Assembly (NCBI RefSeq): GCF_006345805.1
Contig: NC_043006.1
Location: 58,032,001-58,096,000 of the forward strand
DNA length: 64,000 nt
Source of the DNA: Octopus sinensis
Lineage: Eukaryota
Direction of reading: 5' to 3'
Shown here: in pieces, positions 24,140-35,787 of the stretch
Layout of the letters: the number at the start of each line of letters is the position of its first letter
Position numbering within the stretch: position 1 is the first letter of the stretch
Notes under the pieces: generated by a model
Databases searched by the model: none
Told to the model about the DNA's origin: nothing
What the model saw: only the letters and a program-made list of their open reading frames with translations
Translations under genes and position numbers: made by a program

Positions 24140-24239
24140 TCTAATACCTTAGTCATATTTAGTGACAATTGTGGTTTTCCTTTTTGATAAGCATTGCATA
24201 CCGCTGTCTATATTAATTTTATATATATATATATATATT

Positions 24240-24990
24240 AACAATAATTCTAGGATGGAATTTATGAATATTTAAATACATCGCTACGTGTATTTCGTCA
24301 AGTCACATGACTTTAACATCAGAGTCCGTACCCTTGGGATGAGTACAGTATAGTCCGTATTATCCCTGAACATCCGGTTGATCATCAACAGCGATTCATT
24401 TCATCAGGTGATACTGCATTAGTAGATGAATCACAGAAGGATGTTTTTTCCCCTTGCCAGTATGAAGGTCAATCTAGTTATGTGGGTATTTCTCTGTGTA
24501 CTCGGTAGGGGGCGGTAGGTGATAGGAGTAGAGAAAGGAATGGTAGTAATATGGGGATAGAAGTGTGTGTGGTATAGTTGGTTTTACTTGCTATTCATTT
24601 TTCAGGATGGTCCTTTATTCAGCAGATTTATGGATGATAATATATTTCTTTGTTCTCACTCATTCAAGACGTGACTCTCCTCAATAAATTCTGAACCCAA
24701 AAGGTGTTCAGCTGCTATACAGTGGGGTTTGATGACCGAATTGATCACTGCTACCCTCTTATGGTGAAATTTTCACTGTTTTTGGTGTTATGGTGCGCAT
24801 CATCTTAAACATTGGTATGTTCCTTTATTTGTTTGGGTTCTTGATACATTTATCCTACATTATATCGGTATAACAATGATGCATACCCGAAAAACTTACT
24901 CACTAGTCAGTATCATTAGACGGTAGCCGGCATAATGATATTGGAGCTTTATTTGCATATTCTTAACGTTACCATAAACGAATTTAAAAG
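24240..24990 (-). repeat. Dispersed repeat family X, longest copy (possibly PLE-derived)
   Basis: Homology to 14844-15150 and 3470-3660; weak WVQNL...S*M resemblance to a GIY-YIG C-terminus. Confidence 0.55.
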
Positions 24991-25010
24991 ACACACACAC
25001 ACACACAAAC

Positions 25011-25074
<64 letters not shown>

Positions 25075-25267
25075 TAAGAAAAAAATGGGATTTTAAAATC
25101 CTGGTAGATATCAAGTAAGCACTCAATATAAAGGAATACGGTTAAATTTCCAACTAGTAGACACCAGTAATTGTGTGTAGAATACAAATCCCGAGTAAAT
25201 CCTCATGCAATACAGGTTAATCCAACAATCCTTACGCAGAATTTTAAGAAATATATATATACATACA

Positions 25268-25606
25268 TGTCCTTAGTCGAAAGACACCTGTTGTTAAGTC
25301 CTCTTATTTGTATTTGTGTAACATTCTCCGTTTTTTTTTCCGTTCTTGTTTTCGTATACATTCGCTGCTTTCTTCCAAGGAATTTAATGCCCTTAGCTTA
25401 GTTTTTCTTTGGGGCTGGCCAGATTGGAATAATCTCGAGTATAACCATCCGAAATTGCAAAGATAATCTGGAACTCGACTGGGGAAAGAAAACTCCGAAT
25501 GACCCATCCTTGTTTTCTTTGTATTGTCTATCAAGATGTTTTGTTGTCCCCTTTTTTGGTATCGCCTAACTGTCTGGATGTTTTGCGTTCTTGTCCCATT
25601 TTGTAT

Positions 25607-25641
<35 letters not shown>

Positions 25642-26371
25642 AGCGGCATACGTACACTTTGGTCTCTTATATGTAAGTATATATTTATCTAAATCTTGTA
25701 CGACTATATTCTTTCTTTCTATCAGCCCTTTCACGCTTAATCGTTCATTCCACTCTTCGTTCTTTCGTTCCCACTCTCTCACATTTCTCAGCCTGCTCTT
25801 CTTGCTCACTTCCCTCCTCTTTCAGTCATTTTTCTCGCCCCTCCTTAATTCTTATGTCCCTCTGCCTCTACCTCCCTCTCTTCTCTCCCCACGTGACCGG
25901 TGTTCGGTCAAGTCTGATCTTTTTTTTCCTGGTTCGGCTGTCGTCCGTGCAACATCTATATTCCTCCTTGTGCCTGTGAAAACTAGTATCCCTGCCGTAA
26001 GGCCTTATTTCCACACGCGCCAGCTTAATTTAATTCGGCCTTAGACGAAAGACACCTGTTGTTATATCATCTTATTTGTATTTGTGCAACATTCCTCCGT
26101 TTTTTTCCGACCTTGTTTTCGTATACATTCGTTGCTTTCTTCCAAGGATTTAATGCCCTTAGCTTAGTTTTTCTTTGGGGCTGGCCAGATTGGAATAATC
26201 TCGAGTATACCATCCGAAATTGCAAAGATAATCTGGAACTCGACTGGGGAAAGAAAACTCCGAATGACCCATCCTTGTTTTCTTTGTATTGTCTATCAAG
26301 ATGTTTTGTTGTCCCCTTTTTTGGTATCGCCTAACTGTCTGGATGTTTTGCGTTCTTGTCCCATTTTGTAT

Positions 26372-26406
<35 letters not shown>

Positions 26407-27070
26407 AGCGGCATACGTACACTTTGGTCTCTTATATGTAAGTATATATTTATCTAAATCTTGTACGACTATATTCTTTCTTTCTATCAGCCCTTTCACG
26501 CTTAATCGTTCATTCCACTCTTCGTTCTTTCGTTCCCACTCTCTCACATTTCTCAGCCTGCTCTTCTTGCTCACTTCCCTCCTCTTTCAGTCATTTTTCT
26601 CGCCCCTCCTTAATTCTTATGTCCCTCTGCCTCTACCTCCCTCTCTTCTCTCCCCACGTGACCGGTGTTCGGTCAAGTCTGATCTTTTTTTTCCTGGTTC
26701 GGCTGTCGTCCGTGCAACATCTATATTCCTCCTTGTGCCTGTGAAAACTAGTATCCCTGCCGTAAGGCCTTATTTCCACACGCGCCAGCTTAATTTAATT
26801 CGGCCTTAGACGAAAGACACCTGTTGTTATATCATCTTATTTGTATTTGTGCAACATTCCTCCGTTTTTTTCCGACCTTGTTTTCGTATACATTCGTTGC
26901 TTTCTTCCAAGGAATAAGATAATCTGGAACTCGACTGTGGAAAGGAAATTCCGAATGACCCGTCCTTGTTTTCTTTGTATCGTCTACCTGGATGTTTTGT
27001 TGTCCCCTATTTGTATCACCTAACTGTCTAGATGTTTTGTGTTCTTGCCCCATTTTGTATTCTATTTCTA
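25268..27070 (+). repeat. Tandem array A-B-A-B-A with about 765-bp period
   Basis: CCTTAG(T/A)CGAAAGACACCTGTTG at about 25271, 26039 and 26804. Segment about 25375-26140 is nearly identical to about 26145-26905. A solo A copy lies at 50640-50935 on the minus strand. Confidence 0.95.
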
Positions 27071-27180
27071 TACACACACATATATATATATATACATACA
27101 TATATGTATATGTTTGTATACACACACACACACATACACACACACATACATAGATATATATATATAATATAATATATATA

Positions 27181-27211
<31 letters not shown>

Positions 27212-27244
27212 GATATATATATATATAATATATATATAATATAT

Positions 27245-27314
<70 letters not shown>

Positions 27315-28525
27315 ATATTATTAAAATTAATAATAATATGTACGAAAATTTATGTCAACACAACAGTGTCAAGGTAATCCATATTGGTGAAATTTTAACT
27401 GAACATCTGAAAAAAGTATTCCTGTTAAAAACGCTAACAAAAAGAAATGCCAAACCAAATTTAACTGTAGACATTCATTCATTCAACCAAGAGCGAAGTC
27501 ATTGGCTAACTAATTTAGTTTATAAAAGTAAAATATAAAATATACCATATTAATTCCAATTTTTTTTTTGACAATTTGAAATCTATATAAAAATATATAA
27601 AAAATTGGAAAAACCTAACATAGAAAGCGAGTATATTTATCTACTAAAATTGATGATGTCACTGAATATTTGAAAAACAAAAACTGCAGACAAAAATTCT
27701 ACGTTATGCTTAATAGATAACTAAAGAATAAAAACTACATATAATAAGTCTACATAATGCTTAATAGAAACTTGTAAATTTTACGTCGCAATAATTAATT
27801 ACCTATTTATTTATTTAATATAATAAACCCTTCTATCGGAATTAAATTTATTTTACAATAACTGAAGAATTATTATATTCAACCACATATACAACCATTG
27901 AGGATCTCACTGGATAATAAAAAATAAAAATTACAGAAAAAACAATGAAATATCTATAAATCCTTTAATAATAAATTGTTATATATGTATGTACGAGCAA
28001 AACGCCATCCCCCGTCCAATGGACAGTGCCGAGTTGTCAAACATTTAAACCAAATTTTCTCAAAACAACTTGTCCGACCGTCCCATAGAAACACTGATTT
28101 AACCTAAATTTGAGACACCAGCAAAAGAAGAAATTTGAGACACCAGCAAAAGAAGAAATAAAGATAGACTTTTTTCTATTCAAAAGAAAAACGATTTTAT
28201 TCACACAAATATGCAACCGAAGAGTTTAAAGTACCAGTAATGATAAGGCTGTTGACTGGGAGAACACAAACATGGTTTAAACAGTAAGCTTGGCATGGAA
28301 GAACCGTACCTTCCAGCAGTACAGAAACAACAAAAAATGGAAGGTGCAGTTATGTACAGGTTTACGGAAGAAAGGCAGGACAAAAACGGCTTTATCGATC
28401 GCATTCTCACCTGGAATCGATTTTTGTAATTTTTTCAAGACTTATACACGCCCTGATACCGTCGGTATCTACACATTAAATTTGAGCGCAATCGGATGGA
28501 GGATGCCCGAGATCCTAGAAGATAC

Positions 28526-28558
<33 letters not shown>

Positions 28559-28655
28559 ACTGATTTTATATAAGAGATATGTTAATGCAATTGAGGCAAT
28601 TGTTGGATTTTTAAAGTGTCATCTAAAATAAAGATATGATTTCCTTCGTACATAT

Positions 28656-29148
28656 TATAAAGGGTGCAGAGCTTGCACCGAAAACCAGCTGGCGGAGGAT
28701 CCGCCTGGGGTTAAACTAGTAGTAACATTCATTTGCTACTTTGATGTGGCTACTCGCTTTACTGTTTAGTATACGTTACTACTCTATCTCTTCTTGAGAT
28801 TTAATACCAAGCTATTTTGCTTGTTGCAAATCAGTGACCGATGGTCACTTTATTTACAATATAACGCTGGCAGAAGCGGATCTTAGCTATCACTCCACTG
28901 CGCAGGTGCGTGCGGCTGATGTGAGCCTAATAGCTCGAAGCTGGCTGATCCCACGATCCTGCCAGCCTTTGGGGGATAGTAGTGGTTCGCCCCCCCCCCC
29001 CCCGCTAGCGATATATTGTATATAAAGGGTGTAGAGCTTGCACCGAAAACCAGCTGGCAGAGAATCCGCCTGGAGTTAAACTAGTATTAACATTCATCTG
29101 CCACTTAGATGTGGCTACTCGGTTTACTGTTTAGTATACGTTACTACT
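28656..29148 (+). repeat. 128-bp direct repeats (365-bp period) enclosing a degenerate hammerhead-like motif
   Basis: 28656-28783 versus 29021-29148, 9 mismatches by eye. CTGATG T GAGC CTAATA GCTC GAAG at 28916-28940. Confidence 0.8.
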
Positions 29149-29229
29149 GTTCTATAAAGAACTATGTTACAACGTTTTGACCCCGGGGAAAACGTCTTTT
29201 CCAGCTGATCAACGACACACCTGTGTCCA

Positions 29230-29371
29230 ATATATTGTGAGTAAGGGAGCGAATCACTTCCCTCCAGCTTGGTAAGACCAGTGCACCATAATTTTGGGGC
29301 CTTTACCCTTTATCAGTACTGGATCCCTGCCTGCTACAGATGGCCGTCAATCGTCGCTACTCACAATATAT
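29230..29371. mobile_element. Putative MITE with 14-bp terminal inverted repeats
   Basis: ATATATTGTGAGTA (29230-29243) and TACTCACAATATAT (29358-29371). Confidence 0.55.
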
Positions 29372-29559
29372 AAACAGAAAAGCGGCAGACAGCCGCTGGT
29401 CCCGTAACGAGCAAAATAGCTAGTTCTAAAATTTCTAAACGAGATATAAGTAGCAACAATACTGGACGGTAACGTTATAGTGGCAAAAAAAAAAAAAACA
29501 TCACCATCTAGTATCGTTACTACTTATATTTCGCTTAGAGATTTTAGCGCTCGAACATA

Positions 29560-29860
29560 CATACTCTCTTATACACACGCACGTGCACCTTTGTTTTGGG
29601 ATCACCTCTACTTTGTTATCTCCCCTTCTTCCTAGCTTTCCCGTGTGATCCCTCTGTCCGGCATTCGCCATGATAGATCACTAGCCACTACACATTCTTT
29701 ATTTTCTCTCCTTGTTTCTTTCTGTGTTCCTTTCTGTGGAAGAGCGTAGGCTCGAAATGTTAAAGACTTTTTCACTTCCCGGTTGTTAAATTAATACATC
29801 TGTGTGTTGTCTACACCATCTGTCTACGTCTTTTTTCTTTGTGAATTCTACCCCTCTATA
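29560..29860 (+). mobile_element. Short PLE-derived repeat with a variant minimal hammerhead motif
   Basis: CTTT CTGTGGA A GAGC GTAG GCTC GAA ATGT T AAAG at 29730-29765. The downstream part recurs at 43497-43590. Confidence 0.6.
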
Positions 29861-29892
29861 TATGTATATATATGTATGTATATATAGTGAAA

Positions 29893-30140
29893 TTGCGTGG
29901 CCTACTGGCTAGGCTGATCCGCTCACGATCGCTAGATTGTGGGATCGATTCCATGACTAGGCGGTGCCTTGTATTCTTGAGCAAAACACTTCATTTCACA
30001 TTGCTCCATTGAATGTTGCTCTAGGAAATGTTGGCCTGCTCACCTAGCCAGCGGCGTGGCATCATTTGAAGGCCAAAACAATGCCAAAGAGCGTATTCTG
30101 ACCATCGATGGGTAACATATGATAATCTGATCGGTCACGT
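29893..30140 (+). mobile_element. Degenerate SINE (CORE-like central module plus tail Y)
   Basis: TGTATTCTTGAGCAAAACACTTCATTTCACATTGCTCCA central module; tail matches the reverse complement of 15394-15500. Confidence 0.7.
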
Positions 30141-30489
30141 GATCACGTGAAATTACAAAGTGTTGTTATGTATAAGGAGAAAGAATACGTTCAGATAAGC
30201 GGTGGTAAAGAAAATGGTAGTGAAATTATATACGTATGGAATTATATTGTTGTTCTTGTTGTTACTGCTGATTGGGTTATACATTATTGGTGCTTTGACG
30301 TCAATCTGCTAAATACGCTCGCGCGTACACGCGTGTTCTCCTGTGCAAACACACATAAGCGCACATACACACACATATACACACTCATATTAAGGTGGGA
30401 AGAATATCATTTTAAAACGAGAAAGAAACACATTGTTCACTGGTCGTAATTGATACATTTAACGAAGGTAATAATTCCCCTCATTACTG

Positions 30490-30994
30490 ATAACATAATA
30501 CTATCTAATTAACAAATTGTTGAACTTTCGGAATAAGATTCATGAGGTTTCGATGCAAGGAAACACTCAATATCACTTTTAACCTTTTCACAATTAGCAA
30601 ACTGTTTTTCTTCCAAATAATATTGCAATGATCTGAATAAGATGGAGCAAGGTTATTAGTGAAAGAAATATGTGGCAAAACTCTCATATTTAACGTCATG
30701 ATGTTTTCTTGGGTAATATGTGGTCTCGCATTATCGTGTAAGAGCAACACTCCTTCACGACTGGCCAATGATGGGCGCTTTTTTTCTTTTACTTGTTTCA
30801 GTTATTTGACTGCGGCCATGCTGGAGCACTGCCTTTAGTCGAATCAAATCGACCCCAGGAATTTATTCTGGTTCTTATTCTATCGGTCGGTTTTGCCGAA
30901 CTGCTAAGTTACGGGGATGTAAACACAGCAGCATCGGTTGTCAAGCGATGTTGGGGGGACAAACACTGATAAACAAACATACACACACACACAT

Positions 30995-31069
<75 letters not shown>

Positions 31070-31810
31070 TTATATATATATATATATGTATATACGAGGG
31101 GCTTCTTTCAGTTTCCGTCTACCATATCCACTCACAAGGCTATAGTAGAAGACACTTGCCCAAAGTGCCACGCAGTGGGACTGAACCCGGAACCATGTGG
31201 TTGGTAAGCAAGCTATTTGCCACACAGCCACGCCCGCGCCTATGTGATGGACGCTTTTGTTTTTTTTGCTTTTTATTTCTTTTGCAAATTTTTCTATTTG
31301 ATGACATTACTGCTTCGCATTAGCTGTTTCATTTTGGTTCAACACTTCATGATGGATTACACCCTTCATACCTCACCAAATAGAGAGCGTAACTTTTTTC
31401 GGGTGCGATTCTGATTTGGGAATGGATTTTCCTTTTTCACTGAGTGCTAATAATTATCGTTTTCATTGGATATGATTACAGAGAAGCCACTATTCATCAC
31501 TTGTGATTAATCTATTCAAGAAAGGTTTGGTAGTAATGACCAGCGGAGAGCAACCATTTGATTAAGCAGAGAAGTCAGATGATGACAGTAAATGGCACTT
31601 GCCCTAGGTGCAGCACAGTGGAACTGAAACCAAGACAACATGATTCGAAAGCAAGCTTCTTAAACACACATTTACGCATGCACTTCCCATACACTTGAAA
31701 TAAAAATGATAAAGTTAAAAGTTGGCACGTGCTGCATAATATTACGTCAGCTAATGTCTCAATTACAGCCCATTTAAACACTTAAATTTGTTCACAATTA
31801 TTCAGAACAC
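30490..31810 (-). mobile_element. Mariner transposase relic interrupted by SINE-A insertions
   Basis: FLNRLITSDE*W...HPKKVTLSIW (31300-31510) and GVLLLHDNARPH (about 30720-30760). Confidence 0.8.
30783..31242 (-). mobile_element. SINE family A, full-length copy with TSD
   Basis: TGATGG(G/A)CGCTTTT at 30769-30782 and 31245-31258 (14 bp, 1 mismatch). Confidence 0.9.
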
Positions 31811-32228
31811 CCCGTGTGTGTACACGCACGCGCACACGTATGCGTGTGTTAGACGTCTGACATCAAAACACCATTAATGTCTATACCTAATTATATGAGA
31901 AGACATCAATTTTCTTTCCCCAAGAATCGATAAGCTACTTATAAAGCAGTCAATAATTAGGTTGGCACCGTGGCGAATAGCCTAATTTGCATACTTGTAC
32001 TTTTGACCGCTCTTCATTAGTTTTATTTCAACACAATAGAGTAAATCAGAAGAACTTAATATTTAAATATTATGCAGTCTCACTGTAGGTTAAATAAGAT
32101 ATAAATGTAAACATATTAATTCTATATTCTTGATGTGCATAATAAAAAACGAAAGCGTCTATAACGGGGCATTTCATGGTTTGTTGACGGCTCCTCAGAG
32201 AAAAATGTATGTGAGTGTGTGTATATGA

Positions 32229-32340
32229 TCGGGTCGTGGGCGACAAAACCGACAACTGCATCAAGCATGCTTGGTGAGGAGAATTTTTGGACACATTGCT
32301 GTATGAAGACCAAAGGGCGGGGGAACTCAGGGGAGTCAAC
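32229..32340 (+). repeat. Isolated homolog of the RTE 5' leader segment at about 43788-43900
   Basis: TCGGGTCGT.GGCGAC.AAACCG...CA.CAAGC.TGCTTGGTGAGGAG shared. Confidence 0.7.
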
Positions 32341-32537
32341 GGTTATCCAGTATAGTCAAGTGTAGATGATCTCTAGGAAAACGAAATTTCTTAAATAAAA
32401 CCTATCCAGAGAGAACTTGCAACAATCCATTACTATTTTCTGCTGAAAATAAATTATAGCAGGAAAATGTTATAGTCTGGTCTACGGACGCCTGATGATA
32501 GGAGAATATCATTCATATATATATATATATTGAAAAA

Positions 32538-32568
<31 letters not shown>

Positions 32569-33799
32569 TATCAAACCCTCACAGAACTAGACACCGATAT
32601 CTAAGTATTATCTAAGCCTAATTGGGTTACCTATGAAGGAAACTATATAATACCAATGTAAGTGATTCCATCAGTAATGAATCCACAAACGCATTATACT
32701 TTACAAGAATGAAGGACAACTCAGAATAACGAGACTAAGATATAAGAAATACACACCCAAGCATAACAAACGTGTATTCTCATCATCACCTGCCAATCAG
32801 ACATCACTATGGTTTCGACACCTAAGCAGTACCATTCAAGATTAATTTTCATGATCTCATGAAGTACGACCTAACCACATTTAAATCTTTGTTAATCGAT
32901 AAAGCTAGTTTTATTTTATCAGTACTTTTCCTAGCACCCACAATAAACATACTATTATACAGTATCTTGTGTAATTTAGGTATAAAAAATTTTTGGAATA
33001 ACCATATATTTCTCTTCCACTTTGGAACCCTTCGACTTTTCCATTTCAGGAACTAATTTCCTTATTACCTCGATAGTTTCATCCGATACGATACTATATG
33101 CATTATTACCCTTAGACCCCAGTTGCGTGTATATATATATAAACCAAAAATGTCACTTGCAAATATGTATGACCATGTGCTATGTTTTTTTTGGTTTTTT
33201 GACGCCTGTGTAGTCGCGAGTAAAGACACCCTCTCTGACCTCTGCCCATGAGCTAGCAGAACACGGAGGATGTCATAGCTGAAGAGAGCACTGCACCAGA
33301 TCACGAGGGATATACATTTGGGGCTGAGAAGTTTGAAGCAACATAAAATGTAGTGCCCTACTCAAAGACACAATGCGTAAGGCCAGCACTCAATATATAC
33401 TTATATGTATGCAAGCTTGTTGGGGCATATTCGAGCCCTTAATAAAGCCATTCATTGTATTTTATCAAGGAGAAACTTTCTCGTTGTAGACAAATCGGTG
33501 TACATACACAGAAACCTTTCGCAGCGCCCAGCAATCAGACTGGTGGTAATAATATGTGAGCGCTACGAACTGACGAGGTGTACTTACACATATATGTCTA
33601 GAGCGAGTAATTTTCTCCATGTAATGCACAGTGAATAGCTTTCTTGCGGGTTCGAATATACCTCAAGCATATTTGAAATGCAACTGTTCTTTATTTATAC
33701 ACATCATTGCTTAGCACTTCTGCCCTGTATCTTACATTCACACACACACACATACACACACACTCACTAACTCACATACACACACACTCACACACACAC

Positions 33800-34681
33800 A
33801 CATATATTATAATAACTATCTTTGTCGTCCCGTTACTTAGCCCGTCGGTAACGGTTTACCGTAATCATAGAAGAGGGAGAGAGAAAAAGAGGGAGAATGA
33901 AGCGTCCATGACGTGAGGTAGAGGGAACGTAATTGTATTACTTTCACGTGATCAGTTGAAGGGAAAGAGAGTGCAAGAGAGAAAAAGGGAATAAGGCGAA
34001 CAGTGAGACAGAAAGAATGAGAGAGAAAAAGAGGGAGAGAGGAGCGTCATGATGTGAGTTAGGCGAATGTAATATTACGTGGTTTAAAAAGTTAGCTGAA
34101 GGTAGTGATATAAAGGAGGAGAGATATAAATTTTAGGAGAGGGATGATGTTTTGATGGTGAGGTTAAAGGCAAAGAGAGGTGGCACAGAGAGAGAACGGG
34201 GAGAGAGATGATGGTGGTGGTGGTGGTGGTGGTGGTGGTGAGTGAAAAGTGTATTTTTTTTTTAATGAACTAATTTTTTTATATCACCTATCAGTTGCAT
34301 AAGTGCCATTCTGTGAAATATTCGCGCTTCTTTACGTGGCAGATATGTATAATTTAACTAAAGGTTGTATCATATGTACGGCGAAATTTTTTTTTTTTTT
34401 TTTTGGTTTATGGGGAAAATAGAGAGTGAATATTTATTTTATGATTGCTGTGTATTAAGTCTTTAAAATTGTGCATAAAGTATATAAAGTGTATATATAA
34501 AGTGCATTAAGTAATCATCGTATTCCAATTTCTTTCGCTTTTCAATGAGTAGCAGATGAGCGAATGTCTTTCCATACAGACACAATGCAGGCTACACTTT
34601 CAGGTTTTTTTAATAAAGTTTTCAGAAATAACCCAATAGGTTTGCTATCAATCCCGTGAAATATTCACGGGTTCCGCTAGT
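33800..34681 (-). mobile_element. Helitron-like non-autonomous element
   Basis: The minus strand begins ACTAGCGGAA CCCGTGAA TAT TTCACGGG (subterminal hairpin), the same start architecture as 2575. Left boundary uncertain. Confidence 0.5.
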
Positions 34682-35787
34682 ATGTATAATTGGAGCAACA
34701 CGAAATGAAGTGTTTTGCTCGAGAACACAACACATCACTCGATTCAGGAACCACAATCTCATGAGTGCAACACCCTAGCCCCTAAGCTAAGCGCCTCTAC
34801 GTTCGTTTAATCAAGGGCAGTAAATATATCGCCTGGTAATTTTATTGCAATGTAAATTAAATCGTGAGCCGATATATTGCTTGTGAATTCGTCGTCATGC
34901 TCGTTTTACCTGCTAGATAAATTCATGGCTGAATATTCTTTGGAGGTTTTTTAAAAAAATGTTTAAACCAGCGTAAATACATTGCATTTCATTCACAATA
35001 TAAAACACAAACGAAAAAAAAGATAATAATTAATACCGAATTTTAGCTTAATCAACATGTTCGGGTTAACTTAGTAAAAAGCGTAACATATCTTATATGG
35101 CCCTCATTTTGAAGGGCGCTCGAGTAACTGGGTAGACGGTAACTATTCTGTGGTCCTGCACGTGTTCTTTTTAGTCTCGTAAAATCCTGTATTTTATGAA
35201 CAACTGGTAATTTATGGTTGATCCAATACTCAGAATACTTATCACTTTAAATAAAACAAATTATAATGGCAAGTGCAAAGGGGAAGATTTACTTGACGTT
35301 TGTTGAATTCTAAGTTTGCCCTTCTCTTTCTCTATTTCGGAACATTGAACTCGTACAATAATGACTGGGTGTAACTATTACAATAATAATTGGGTGCAAC
35401 TATTACTGTTTTCTCATAAATATGGCTGGTTAAACGAATTAATTAATTATATTAATACATTTCAGACACCGTAATGCTAACCATTCACATTAAATCAGAT
35501 CGGGTTTTTTAAACGGCTAAGAAACACATTATTTACGTTATTTACTTATGACGGATATTCATAAATATAGAACTGGCTAAGAAGCATTTTATTGTGTACA
35601 GCTTCTATGCCATTAATCAAAACTATAGAACAAATAATATGTTTAAATTGTTACAAGTCATATTTTCACCGTTAGATTATAAAATCAAATTTACATTATA
35701 TTAGTGTTATGTTCCAGGAGAGAACATCAGCTTGTGTTCCGTAGCTGTTTAAATAATAATGTTATATTTTGATACATTCATATAATG

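Noticed and set aside
25990-26065. Junction hairpin of the 765-bp array read as a hammerhead or twister
   Set aside because: There is no CUGANGA core and stem III cannot place an A-U 15.1/16.1 pair; kept only as an unclassified structured motif.
25499-26809. Two nearly identical 181-aa ORFs (25499-26044 and 26264-26809)
   Set aside because: They are products of the tandem duplication over CT-rich and TA/TG repeats, with no domain similarity.
28106-28155. 25-bp tandem duplication AAATTTGAGACACCAGCAAAAGAAG
   Set aside because: Ordinary slippage duplication with no further structure.
28859-29016. PBS and PPT for a TRIM or LTR element
   Set aside because: The TGG-starting segment is offset from the repeat end and matches no tRNA I can confirm, and the C-run is on the wrong strand and side for a PPT.
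32160-32205. CTGAGGA...GAAAT on the minus strand
   Set aside because: Stems I, II and III all fail to pair adequately.
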